Of a stretch of DNA of 64,000 nucleotides, positions 19,635 to 29,762 are shown piece by piece. The first letter of the stretch is position 1, and each line of letters begins with the position of its first letter. The DNA lies in NCBI GenBank assembly GCA_047947115.1, contig CP170459.1, forward strand, positions 4,544,001 through 4,608,000, in the 5' to 3' direction. Source of the DNA: Verrucomicrobiota bacterium. Its GTDB lineage: Bacteria > Verrucomicrobiota > Verrucomicrobiia > Limisphaerales > AAA164-E04. The notes below the pieces were generated by a model. The model saw only the letters and a program-made list of their open reading frames with translations, did no database searches and was not told the origin of the DNA. Position numbers and translations under genes: made by a program.

Positions 19635-20804
19635 ATGCAAGCACCCATTCCCAGAAAAACCAAAGTCGCGTTTTTCAATTTCTTCCATGGTGGCGGAATT
19701 GGACAATACACCCATGAACTGCTGAAACGCCTGCATGAGCGACCAGAACTGAGCGTCCAACTGTATTGTCCTCCCAACTTTCAGTGGCTCAAAGAAGCAA
19801 ATTATCCGGTGCGCCCGGTCCTTTTCCAATTGTCATCGCCGTATCCTTTGATACGGCGACTCAGGTTCTTGTTGGCACAATACCTGAGTCCGACCCGATT
19901 TTTACGAGCAGCCAGTCGCGAAGGCACGAGCATTCTTCATTTCTGCAATATCAATCACTTGAGTTATCCCTTTTGGGCTGGAAAATTTGAGAATGCAGGA
20001 TTTCGCACCGTATGCACGGCCCATGATGTAAAGCGAGGCAAAGCCATCTTGTGTCGCTCGTTCGAAACGGGACAATTGAAGTCATTTTATAGGGACTGCC
20101 AACTCATTTTTATTCACAGCAAATCCCAAGCGAAAACCCTGAAACAATTCGCCAACGTTCCGGAAAGGGTGATTCGCAACGTACCTCTGGGCCCCTTCCG
20201 GTTCGGTCTGGAAGACAGTGGATCACTTCCATCAGCCTACGACGGCACAAAAAGCACCGGGCTGTTTTTTGGAAACATACGAGATGAAAAGAATCTGGAC
20301 GGATTGTTGGAAGCGCTTGCCCTCGCTCATCCGGACACACGCCTGGTGGTCGCGGGCAGACCGGCGGGAGCAGGTCACCGCCCCATTGAATATTACCAAC
20401 AACTTGCTGAAAAACTGAACATCAGTCACCGCATCGAATGGCACATACGCTTTGTGCCGGACGGTGAGGTGGCTGGCTTTTTCCGATCATGCGACTGGGT
20501 GGCCTTGCCCTATCTGCCTGAGTTCAGTTCGCAAAGTGCGGTTTTCAATTCCGCCACCCATTATCACAAACCCATCCTGGCGACTCCTGCGCCCTCATTT
20601 GACGAGTTGATGCACGAGTATCATATTGGAGCTTTGACAAAGGGTTTTTCTCCATCGCATATCGCTGAGGGCATGAATCGAATCGGCGAACAATGTAAAA
20701 ATTCAGATCAATTCGGATTTGGAGCCTACTTGAAAGAACATACATGGGAAAGAAACGCTGAACTCACGACAAAGGCATACCTCGATCTACCGGGAATTCG
20801 TTAG
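19635..20804 (+). CDS. Glycosyltransferase family 4
   Basis: GGIGQY, FFGNIRDEKNL, ALPY..SSQSAV. Confidence 0.82.
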   Translation: MQAPIPRKTKVAFFNFFHGGGIGQYTHELLKRLHERPELSVQLYCPPNFQWLKEANYPVRPVLFQLSSPYPLIRRLRFLLAQYLSPTRFLRAASREGTSILHFCNINHLSYPFWAGKFENAGFRTVCTAHDVKRGKAILCRSFETGQLKSFYRDCQLIFIHSKSQAKTLKQFANVPERVIRNVPLGPFRFGLEDSGSLPSAYDGTKSTGLFFGNIRDEKNLDGLLEALALAHPDTRLVVAGRPAGAGHRPIEYYQQLAEKLNISHRIEWHIRFVPDGEVAGFFRSCDWVALPYLPEFSSQSAVFNSATHYHKPILATPAPSFDELMHEYHIGALTKGFSPSHIAEGMNRIGEQCKNSDQFGFGAYLKEHTWERNAELTTKAYLDLPGIR

Positions 20805-20808
20805 CACC

Positions 20809-21963
20809 ATGAAAGTTGCCGTCATCACCCCCATCCCTACGCCTTATCGAGACGCATTCTGGAATCATTTTTGCCAGCAGCCCGATCTCTCTCTTCACGT
20901 CATCTATTGCGCAAAAGGCAAGGCTGATCGCCCATGGAAAAGTGATTGGACCAAGCATTATACTTATTGCTTCCCGAAAGGTTTCAATCTCCTTTCATGG
21001 AAATCCAAGGATTCATCACTGTTTTTCAACCCGGGTACATTGACGCATCTGAATCAATCAAAACCCGACGTGATTTTGGTGAATGGCTACAATCATCTCA
21101 CCATGTGGATGACCATGATATGGGCTTTCATCAGGAAAACCCCCTTTCTGCTCATGTCGGAGACCAGAGGGCTACGTCCGGGCAGGAAAAAGGATCCCTT
21201 ACTCAAGGCTCTCCTTCTAAAATGGCTCGCAAAGCACTCATCAGGAGCTTTACCGACGGGCCAACAGGCTGAAAGCTATTTGTTGGATCACGGATGGAAC
21301 AAAGCATCACTGTTTCGCTTTCCAAATGTACCGGACATTGATTTTTTGATTTCGAAGGTGCATGAATTGAAACACCAAACCATGGAATTGCGGAGTAAGT
21401 GGAACATCAAAGAAGAGAAATTGGTTTTATGCGTAGGCCGTCTGATCAGGAAAAAACATGTGAACACAATCATTCAGGCTTTTTCGGAAATGGAGGTGCC
21501 CTTTCCTGTCAAGCTGATCGTTGCGGGAGATGGAGATCAACAACAATCATTAAAGGATCAATGCCAACGACTTGGAATAACGGATCGGGTCAGGTTTGTT
21601 GGTTTCCTGGAACCGGAAGAGATCCTGGAATGGCTGGCACTATCCGATCTGTTTGCCCTGGCTTCCAATGAAACATGGGGAGTGGCTCCTATTGAAGCCG
21701 CCGCCGCAGGAGCGCCCTTGCTGCTTTCCTGCGAGATAGGATCAGCCAACGAGCTGGCAGACATCTATCCCCAAACAAAGGTCATTGCAAGCAGGGATGC
21801 TAAAACCTGGAGTCAAGCCATCAAGGATTGCTTAATCAATCATGTTAAAAAGCATCCTAAAACTGCCGATAATAGCAGGATGTATCATTGGCATTTTGAT
21901 TCGTTGTCTCAAGGACTTTACAGGCACCTGAAACCGTTGATCGAGGTGTCATCATCGTGTTGA
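20809..21963 (+). CDS. Glycosyltransferase family 4
   Basis: PTPYR, VGRLIRKKH, ETWGVAPIEAAAAG. Confidence 0.85.
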   Translation: MKVAVITPIPTPYRDAFWNHFCQQPDLSLHVIYCAKGKADRPWKSDWTKHYTYCFPKGFNLLSWKSKDSSLFFNPGTLTHLNQSKPDVILVNGYNHLTMWMTMIWAFIRKTPFLLMSETRGLRPGRKKDPLLKALLLKWLAKHSSGALPTGQQAESYLLDHGWNKASLFRFPNVPDIDFLISKVHELKHQTMELRSKWNIKEEKLVLCVGRLIRKKHVNTIIQAFSEMEVPFPVKLIVAGDGDQQQSLKDQCQRLGITDRVRFVGFLEPEEILEWLALSDLFALASNETWGVAPIEAAAAGAPLLLSCEIGSANELADIYPQTKVIASRDAKTWSQAIKDCLINHVKKHPKTADNSRMYHWHFDSLSQGLYRHLKPLIEVSSSC

Positions 21964-21980
21964 CTCGAGTATTTTAAGAT

Positions 21981-23252
21981 TTGAAACAGACAAATAAAAT
22001 TTGGTATCTGCTGGCTAGCTTCATCGTCATTGCGCCACTTTCCACGAGTTCCGATGCTTCAACGGCGATGAAAATGGCGCGAGCGGGCATTTCGCTTCTG
22101 GGATTCATTTTTTGTTATCAGACCAATCTGATTCAGCGGCTGAATCCCATAGCTAAATCCCTGTGGTCGTTCGCACTCCTTTTTGCGATATCGGCGCTTT
22201 GGAGTGATAAAATCGCCTGGGGATTGTTTAACAAAGGCCTGTTTTTACTAACGGCTACTCTGGGATTTGGTTCGGTCTATTCAGTCACATCAACGGAAGA
22301 TTTGCTGAAAAGACTGCGTCTTCTGGGTTTTGTTGCGGCATTTTCATCTCTCGGGCTTTTATATATGGTGGCAACGGCCCCTGCTGAAGAATTGGGAGGA
22401 AAACGACTCACAATTGGCGGCATGAACGCGAACATCATCGGAGCTTCTGCGGCTCCTCTTTTTTTGTTGTGCCTGTTCTTACTTTTGCGGCATCAAAAAA
22501 TGTTACACAGAGGCATCCATTTCTCAACTGCGATTGTCCTGCTGAGCATTATCATGGCCACAGGCAGCAGAGGGTCGTTCATGATGGTTGCTCTGGGATC
22601 CATTTTTATCATGCGTCCTGTCCTGAAGAAAAACATGTTCATGGCAACCTTCATCATTCTGATTCCAGTTGTTGTGTATTATCTATTCACCAAGACTTTA
22701 TCGGGCTCTCAAGCCCCTACAACGAGCGGGTTTGAACGCATCACTTCGACAGAGGATGGAACTCGATCAGCAGACACTCGAGCCCCTATTTGGGATTGGG
22801 CCATGAAACGATTCAAAAAATCCCCTGTTATTGGAGTGGGCTGGATACACTTTGGAAACAATTCAGCAAATGTACATAGTGTTTATATTCTCATTCTGGC
22901 AGAGTGTGGTTTGATAGGAGCCTTGCTCTTCTTCCTTGTCCTGATCAAACTTCCCAGCACTTTTTTAAGTCATTTGCAGATAACCGAAGATCACAGTGAT
23001 TCCTATGACCTGACCTTTTTTGCTGGGGGAGTGTTGGCGGCTCATCTGCTTCATGGAATGGTTGAGTCTTCAACGTTGTTTGGTTCTACGGTCAACTGCC
23101 TCTTTTTCGGTCTTGGGATAGGCATTCTTGATCGAGTTCTGGAACTTGATTCCTCACAGCCGGTTCTCGAAGAAAAACAAGAAAACCTGCACCCCTGGGC
23201 CTTCCAAAGGCAATTCCGCAATCGTCCTTCCAACACAAACGCTTCCACATGA
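21981..23252 (+). CDS. O-antigen ligase / Wzy polymerase family membrane protein
   Basis: About 10 hydrophobic segments; ATGSRGS; R..IW...PVIGVG...HSVYILILAECGLIG (Wzy_C pattern). Confidence 0.8.
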   Translation: MKQTNKIWYLLASFIVIAPLSTSSDASTAMKMARAGISLLGFIFCYQTNLIQRLNPIAKSLWSFALLFAISALWSDKIAWGLFNKGLFLLTATLGFGSVYSVTSTEDLLKRLRLLGFVAAFSSLGLLYMVATAPAEELGGKRLTIGGMNANIIGASAAPLFLLCLFLLLRHQKMLHRGIHFSTAIVLLSIIMATGSRGSFMMVALGSIFIMRPVLKKNMFMATFIILIPVVVYYLFTKTLSGSQAPTTSGFERITSTEDGTRSADTRAPIWDWAMKRFKKSPVIGVGWIHFGNNSANVHSVYILILAECGLIGALLFFLVLIKLPSTFLSHLQITEDHSDSYDLTFFAGGVLAAHLLHGMVESSTLFGSTVNCLFFGLGIGILDRVLELDSSQPVLEEKQENLHPWAFQRQFRNRPSNTNAST

Positions 23253-24454
23253 GAGTGCTTCACATCATCCACAGCGTTGACTTAAAGTCGGGGGGGCCTA
23301 GTCACGCATTGTTTTCATTGGTCAAATCCCAGGTGAAACTTGGTCTGGAAACTCATATATTCTGCACCGATCGTCAGGCCAGCGCGCACTGGGAACCAAG
23401 AGATTCTTTTTTAAATCAGGTTCAGTCCCTTTTGCCGGATGAAATCGGATCCTTGACCATGCTTCCAGCCATTGGCAAAAAGCGTCCATGGCTCCGTTAT
23501 GGATTCTCTTTTCAATGCAACAGTTCCTTACGTTCCTTTATGGAAGCACCTGCGACCCGACCTGATTTTGTGCATATTCATGGGCTTTTCAGCCAGATCA
23601 CTTCGGTTGCTGCTAAGTTGAGTCTTGAAAACAACATCCCACATGCCATTCGACTGACCGGGGCCCTGGATGATGTTCCATTATCTTTGGGGAACAGTTT
23701 CCTGAAGAAGTGTCATGTCCGCCTTAGCACCGTACCTGCGCTAAAACAAGCCTCGTTCGTACACACAACTTCCGAATCGGAAGCGGAGACGGCTTCAAAA
23801 TATGTGTCAAGAAGTCAGGTCAGGATCATTCCACTGGGGATCGAAATCCCAACCATCGATATCAACGAAGCAACGAGTGCCTTTCAAGAATCCTTTCCAC
23901 AGTTAAAGAACAAACCCTTTCTGTTGTGCTTGTCCCGCATTCATCCCAAAAAAAATCTGGAACTCACCATCAAAGCTTTCCACTGTTTTGCGGAGACCCA
24001 TCCGGACACTCACTTGGTCATTGCGGGTGAACACAACAGCTATCAGGAAAAACTTGCCCGATTAGCCAAGGATCTTGGTGTTGAGGAAAAGGTGCATTTT
24101 GTGGGTTTTCTAAAACAATCACTCAAATCGGGCGCCCTTTTTTCCGCATCGTCTTTCCTGCAGACTTCGATTCATGAAAATTTCGGGATTTCCATTTTGG
24201 AATCCATGGCCCATGGGCTGAAAGCCGTGGCCACACCGGGTGTGGCATCTGCCAAGTATTTAAAACCTGCGGATGCGGGATTGATCTCTGAGGAAAGACC
24301 TGAAGCTCTGGCTGAGGCCATACAGCAGGTGATGGCCCGAGGCGATTCCTCACGCAATGAATCGGTGCAATCATGGGTTCAGAAGAATATGTCCTGGGAT
24401 TCCATCGCAAAAATTCTTGAAGGCGTCTACAGCGAATATAGCAATGCCAGTTAG
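23249..24454 (+). CDS. Glycosyltransferase family 4
   Basis: SGGPS, VHIHG, LSRIHPKKN, HENFGISILESMAHG. Confidence 0.87.
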   Translation: MRVLHIIHSVDLKSGGPSHALFSLVKSQVKLGLETHIFCTDRQASAHWEPRDSFLNQVQSLLPDEIGSLTMLPAIGKKRPWLRYGFSFQCNSSLRSFMEAPATRPDFVHIHGLFSQITSVAAKLSLENNIPHAIRLTGALDDVPLSLGNSFLKKCHVRLSTVPALKQASFVHTTSESEAETASKYVSRSQVRIIPLGIEIPTIDINEATSAFQESFPQLKNKPFLLCLSRIHPKKNLELTIKAFHCFAETHPDTHLVIAGEHNSYQEKLARLAKDLGVEEKVHFVGFLKQSLKSGALFSASSFLQTSIHENFGISILESMAHGLKAVATPGVASAKYLKPADAGLISEERPEALAEAIQQVMARGDSSRNESVQSWVQKNMSWDSIAKILEGVYSEYSNAS

Positions 24455-24495
24455 ACAAGAGCCCTTCACAAGCTCCATCCCCACTAATTCTTAGC

Positions 24496-25338
24496 ATGGA
24501 TATCACGGTCATCATCGCCGCCAAAAACGAGGAAGAAAACCTTCCAGAATGTCTGGATAGTGTGCGCTGGGCAAAACAGGTGTTGGTAGTTGATTCCGGA
24601 AGTACGGACGGAACCGAACGCATCACAAGGGAATACGGTGCCGAATACCATTTATTCCAATATGATGGCAAGTGGCCCAAAAAACGGAATTGGGCACTCA
24701 CGTCTGGTCTCGTGACTCAACCCTGGGTGTTGATATTGGATGCGGATGAACGTGTTTCGGACGCCCTAAAATCAGCCATGGAACTCGCCATCACCCGTAA
24801 GGACATCGACGGCTATTATCTGAAATGGAAATTCATGTTTCTCGGGCAGTGGATGAAACATTCCTGGAGTCATGGATGGATGCTGCGCCTATTCCGTCAT
24901 GGCAAGGGGGAGTATGAAAATCTGAACATGACCAACGAAGGCGGCTGGGATGCCGAAGTTCACGAGAATGTGGTGGTGGTGGGACCTTGTGCCAGGTTGG
25001 AACCGCTGCTCGATCATGATTCAAACAGTAGTCTTACCTACTGGATCAAGAAGCAAAACGAGTTTTCCACCTGGAATGCCGAACGAAGACGTCAACAATT
25101 GCGCCAGCCTGTCCCATCACTCGGTCATTTATTCTCAGGAGATCCCGTGAAGATTCGCAAATGGATGAAAAGCGTTTTCATCAGACTACCCGGCAAACCC
25201 TTATTGATGTTTCTTTGGCTCTACGTGATCAAAATGGGATTTATGGACGGACAGGCTGGATTTTATTTCTGTTGCCTGCGAGCCAGCCACGAACTGAACA
25301 TATGTGCCAAGTTGTTTGAAATGAAAAACGAGCATTGA
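24496..25338 (+). CDS. Glycosyltransferase family 2 (WaaE/KdtX-like)
   Basis: AKNEEENL, VVDSGSTDGT, LILDADER, EVHE. Confidence 0.88.
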   Translation: MDITVIIAAKNEEENLPECLDSVRWAKQVLVVDSGSTDGTERITREYGAEYHLFQYDGKWPKKRNWALTSGLVTQPWVLILDADERVSDALKSAMELAITRKDIDGYYLKWKFMFLGQWMKHSWSHGWMLRLFRHGKGEYENLNMTNEGGWDAEVHENVVVVGPCARLEPLLDHDSNSSLTYWIKKQNEFSTWNAERRRQQLRQPVPSLGHLFSGDPVKIRKWMKSVFIRLPGKPLLMFLWLYVIKMGFMDGQAGFYFCCLRASHELNICAKLFEMKNEH

Positions 25339-25360
25339 TGGAACCTGTAAGAGAGAACCA

Positions 25361-27010
25361 ATGAATCGTTATTTCCATACTCTAAAAAGATTGAAGTGGG
25401 AACAGGTTCTTTACCGGCTCAAATACAGGTTCCAACGCTGGACCCAACCTAAATCGCACGTGTCCGGCAAGATCAAACCACCTCCCCCCGGAACCTTTCA
25501 GGCGCTTCAAGCATACCAGGACTCGCTCGAGTGCGCTTTTGATGCTTCCAAACTGAAGCAAGGATGGTTCGAATTCATTCAAATTACAGAATCAACAAGT
25601 TTTCCACCTCGATGGGATTTCCCGTCGAAATACAAGCTATGGAGATATCAACTTCATTATTTCGACTGGATATGGGCTCTGGATTTTGAGGCGGCAAGGT
25701 GTTGTGTTCAGGATTGGATCCAACACTACCATTACAAATCGACCCGGGATGGATGGGAAGCCTACCCGACATCGTTGCGGCTCATCAATTGGAGCATGTT
25801 CTTTTTCGTGAAACACGCAGACCAGGTGCATCAGATGCCGTCATTTCAATCCGAACTATTGACCAGCATTCAAGTCCAGACAAACTGGCTCGAAACACGT
25901 TTGGAATATCATTTGATGGCAAACCATCTGTTTGAGAATGCGGCTGCATTGACACTGCTTGGCTGCCTGCTCGATGGCGACGATCCAGAACGATGGCAAA
26001 CCGGAGGACTCAAACTGCTGTTGCGTGAAATCAGGGAACAGGTACTTCCCGATGGCGGACATTACGAACGCTCTCCCATGTACCACCTGAGAATCCTGCA
26101 CATCCTGAAGTATATCGAATTAGCTCACGAAGGGATACCTGTTCCAATGATCGTCACTCAATCTGTCTCATCGACCAATGATGCATTCGGACTGATGTGC
26201 CATCCCGACCATAACATCGCCTTGTTCAACGATGCCGCTTTCGGCGTCTATCCCCTGCCCTTGGTCGACGAATCATTGAATGAACAATGTAACGGTGGTT
26301 GGCAATTGAAGCACTCCGGTTATTACGGATACAAGAATTGCCAGGGGGATTATGTCATTGTCGATGCAGGCGAGCTGGGGCCGGGTTATAATCCCGGCCA
26401 TGCCCATGCGGATATTTTTTCCTACGAACTCAGCTACGGTCATGAGCGACTCATCGTGGATTCAGGAAATTTTGATTATGAACCTGGCAGCATGCGCTCT
26501 TACTGCCGGTCTACGAAGGCGCATAACACCGTAGAAATTGACGATCAGGATCAGTGCCACCTATGGGGAACGTTTCGCGTTGCCGAAAGCGCATCGCCGC
26601 AGGATGTGAAGTTTCAAAAGTCGGACAACGGATTTGAACTCAGTGCCTGGCATGACGGCTACCAACGTTTCAAAGCCCGTGCCATTCACCAACGGAATAT
26701 TCAATTTACGGAATCGAACGGTTTGGTCGTAAAGGACCGCATCAGCGGGCGACTGCCAGTCAAAGCGGTATCACGCATTCACTTTCATCCAGACTGCAAA
26801 ATCAAATGGCTGACGGACAACTCCATTGAGATTTCAAAAGGAGCGGTCGCCTGCCAGATTCATTGGAAAACCAAAGCGAGGGCGTCGTTGGTAGATAGTT
26901 ATTATTGTCCGCGATTTAATGAATCGTTCCGCAATCAATGCCTCGCGTTGGAAAATTCCGGAAAGGCGATCAACATTGACTACACCATCGGGCCAAGGAT
27001 GAAGCGGTGA
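25361..27010 (+). CDS. Heparinase II/III family protein
   Basis: ANHLFENA, QVLPDGGHYERSPMYH, GHAHADIFSYEL, RSTKAHNTV. Confidence 0.85.
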   Translation: MNRYFHTLKRLKWEQVLYRLKYRFQRWTQPKSHVSGKIKPPPPGTFQALQAYQDSLECAFDASKLKQGWFEFIQITESTSFPPRWDFPSKYKLWRYQLHYFDWIWALDFEAARCCVQDWIQHYHYKSTRDGWEAYPTSLRLINWSMFFFVKHADQVHQMPSFQSELLTSIQVQTNWLETRLEYHLMANHLFENAAALTLLGCLLDGDDPERWQTGGLKLLLREIREQVLPDGGHYERSPMYHLRILHILKYIELAHEGIPVPMIVTQSVSSTNDAFGLMCHPDHNIALFNDAAFGVYPLPLVDESLNEQCNGGWQLKHSGYYGYKNCQGDYVIVDAGELGPGYNPGHAHADIFSYELSYGHERLIVDSGNFDYEPGSMRSYCRSTKAHNTVEIDDQDQCHLWGTFRVAESASPQDVKFQKSDNGFELSAWHDGYQRFKARAIHQRNIQFTESNGLVVKDRISGRLPVKAVSRIHFHPDCKIKWLTDNSIEISKGAVACQIHWKTKARASLVDSYYCPRFNESFRNQCLALENSGKAINIDYTIGPRMKR

Positions 27011-28218
27011 ATATTCTTTTCCTATCTCACTACTATCCCCCTGAAGGAAACGCACCCGCGACTCGCACTTTCGAGCATACCCGTCGTTGGGCGGCTCAAG
27101 GGCATCAGGTCACCGTATTGACCTGCGCCCCCAATGTCCCACATGGAGACATCTATGAAGGTTATCGGAATGCCCTGTACCAGTGGGAAACCATTTCAAA
27201 GGTGAAAGTTTTGCGGGTCTGGACCTATCTGGCGGCCAACAAGGGAACCGGCAGGCGGTCATTCAACTACCTTTCCTATTGTATTTCAGCATTCTTGGCC
27301 GGCCTTTTATTACCGAAACCCGACGTGATCATTGCAACCACACCTCAGTTTTTCTGCGCCTGTGCCGGGGCGATGCTTTCCAAGGCAAGGAACATTCCCT
27401 TCTTGCTAGAGGTCAGGGACATCTGGCCGGATTCCATCATTGCGGTCAATGCGATCCGAAACAAAAGCATTTTAAAACTGATGTTTTGGATGGAACAACG
27501 GCTCTACCGATCGGCAGCCCACCTTGTAACGGTGGGCAGGGGTTACTTTGATGTGCTCAGAAGCAAAGGTGTGGCGGCGGACAGAATGAGCGTCATTCCG
27601 AACGGAGCAAACTTGGAACAGTTCCAGGTTTCTGAAACAAAAATTCACTCAATGCCCTACAAATGTTCGTTCATTGGCACGATCGGGATGGCAGCCAAGC
27701 TGGACGTCGTCATTGAGGCCGCCCAACGTCTCGATGAAATGGGGGAAAGGGATATCCAATTTGAACTGGTGGGCGATGGTGCAGACCTTGAGCGACTCAG
27801 GCAAAAGGCGAAAGAAGCGGGCGTGACCAGAATCTCGTTCACCGGTTTGGTCACCAAGCAGGAAGTATTGAGCCATTTGAACCGCACGAATGTTTGCCTC
27901 GTTCATCTGAAGCGGTCGGATTTGTTCAAAACCGTGCTCCCTTCAAAAATGTTCGAAGCCATGGCTTCCGGAACACCCATTCTCCTGGGTGTGCAAGGTG
28001 TCTCCGCGGACTTGATACAATCCGTGGGATGCGGGCTGACATTTCACCCAGAAGATCCGGTTGATCTCTGCGACAAGTTGATCCAGCTGAAAAACGACCC
28101 CCAGTCCACCCAAAACATGGGAAAAGCTGGGCGGGCTCATGTCGAACGTTTCTATGACAGGGATCAACTTGCTCAAGACTATCTGGAACTGATATCTGAT
28201 CTGATGATTCGAAATTGA
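27007..28218 (+). CDS. Glycosyltransferase family 4 (WbuB-like)
   Basis: YYPPEGNAPATR, EVRDIWPDSI, VLPSKMFEAMASG. Confidence 0.88.
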   Translation: MNILFLSHYYPPEGNAPATRTFEHTRRWAAQGHQVTVLTCAPNVPHGDIYEGYRNALYQWETISKVKVLRVWTYLAANKGTGRRSFNYLSYCISAFLAGLLLPKPDVIIATTPQFFCACAGAMLSKARNIPFLLEVRDIWPDSIIAVNAIRNKSILKLMFWMEQRLYRSAAHLVTVGRGYFDVLRSKGVAADRMSVIPNGANLEQFQVSETKIHSMPYKCSFIGTIGMAAKLDVVIEAAQRLDEMGERDIQFELVGDGADLERLRQKAKEAGVTRISFTGLVTKQEVLSHLNRTNVCLVHLKRSDLFKTVLPSKMFEAMASGTPILLGVQGVSADLIQSVGCGLTFHPEDPVDLCDKLIQLKNDPQSTQNMGKAGRAHVERFYDRDQLAQDYLELISDLMIRN

Positions 28219-28271
28219 TAGTGATCCATTCTCATTTCCACACAGATCCGTCCCCGAACCAATAAAGCTTA

Positions 28272-29729
28272 ATGAGATTTAGCTCCTTCATCCTGTTCGT
28301 CGAAGCTATGGTGTTGTGCCTGTTTCTGACACCTTTGGTCAGAGCCATCGGTATTCGATTCGGGGTCATTGACCAACCGGACCAGTATCGCAAACTCCAC
28401 AAGAAACCTGTGGCACGGTGTGGAGGCATCAGCGTATTCCTCAGTTTTCTCATTCCCATTTGCCTGTTTATCTTTTTCGTTCAAAAAGACAGCATCCTCA
28501 ATCCAGATGACTACTATCGTGTATGGATCATCGTCATCGGGGGGGCCACTTCTGTATTGATGGGATTGGCGGACGACATCTGGGATTTACGCGCACGATG
28601 GAAACTTGTTTTTCAGTTCCTGATCGCCACCATGGCGTACTCGGGGGATTTGAGGATTGATAGTTTGTCAAATCCATTTGGAGGCACAATCTTCCTCGGG
28701 CCCTTCGGTTTTCCTGTCACGGTTTTCTGGTTCATGCTCTGTATGAATGCGATCAACCTCTTCGACGGTCTGGATGGCCTTGCTGCAGGGATTTCATTGT
28801 TCGTGAGTCTGACTCTGCTGGCTGTCAGCATGATTTTGAGGAATGATATTGGAATATTCGTCAGTTTATGCCTCTCAGGGGCTGTTTTGGGATTCCTTGT
28901 TTTCAATTTCAATCCGGCTTCAATTTTCCTGGGCGACTCGGGAAGCATGTTTCTGGGTTTTTCCATTGCAGCACTTAGTGTGATTTCAAGCGCCAAAACA
29001 GAAACAGTCACAGCCTTGTTCGTCCCGGCCATAACTCTGTTACTTCCTTTCTTTGACCTGGCAAGCGCTGCCCTGCGACGCTGGTCCAAATACCTCCCCA
29101 TCACAATGCCGGATGGAAAGCACCTTCACCACCGAATCATGTCATATGGATTCAGTGCGCGCAGAACGGTGGTCATTCTATACGGTGCCTGTATCCTACT
29201 CTGTGCTGGAGCCATTTTGTTACTGATATCATCACGCAGTACCACAAACTCCCTTATCCTGATAGGCATCGCTCTGATGTTTATCTTTGGGAATCAGGTT
29301 TTCAAAGTATTCGATGTCACTGAGGTCAAAGAAAGGATTTCACACGATCACAAACTGCACAGTTGGAGCAAACAAATGGCCATCAAGACAGCAACCGCCA
29401 CCACAAGCGCAAGGATGCAAAAAGATTTTGACGCCGCTTGGGACCACATTTCCACACTTTTTCCGGAATTTGAACTAAACCAAGTTTCCATTATTGACCA
29501 GAAGGCCCCCCCCATAGTCATTAAAGCTTGGAAGTCGGAGGAAATATCTCACAAGATTCATCAAAACGGAAAATCGAACCCTTCATGGTCGGTCAAATTT
29601 CCAGTGAAAACCAAGGATCCGAATCTTAAGTATGTCATGAAAGTCGCCGGTAGTGGCTCCATCCTGAGGATGAAAGCAGCCTTGTCGTTGTTGGAAACTC
29701 TCAAATCGAGCTTGGATGACCTGAAATAG
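28272..29729 (+). CDS. wecA: Undecaprenyl-phosphate N-acetylhexosamine-1-phosphate transferase (WecA/MraY family)
   Basis: RKLH..PVARCGG, GLADD, NAINLFDGLDGLA, FNFNPASIFLGDSGS, HLHHR. Confidence 0.88.
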   Translation: MRFSSFILFVEAMVLCLFLTPLVRAIGIRFGVIDQPDQYRKLHKKPVARCGGISVFLSFLIPICLFIFFVQKDSILNPDDYYRVWIIVIGGATSVLMGLADDIWDLRARWKLVFQFLIATMAYSGDLRIDSLSNPFGGTIFLGPFGFPVTVFWFMLCMNAINLFDGLDGLAAGISLFVSLTLLAVSMILRNDIGIFVSLCLSGAVLGFLVFNFNPASIFLGDSGSMFLGFSIAALSVISSAKTETVTALFVPAITLLLPFFDLASAALRRWSKYLPITMPDGKHLHHRIMSYGFSARRTVVILYGACILLCAGAILLLISSRSTTNSLILIGIALMFIFGNQVFKVFDVTEVKERISHDHKLHSWSKQMAIKTATATTSARMQKDFDAAWDHISTLFPEFELNQVSIIDQKAPPIVIKAWKSEEISHKIHQNGKSNPSWSVKFPVKTKDPNLKYVMKVAGSGSILRMKAALSLLETLKSSLDDLK

Positions 29730-29762
29730 AACTATCTGTAACGCCTGTTATAACAGCTACTT

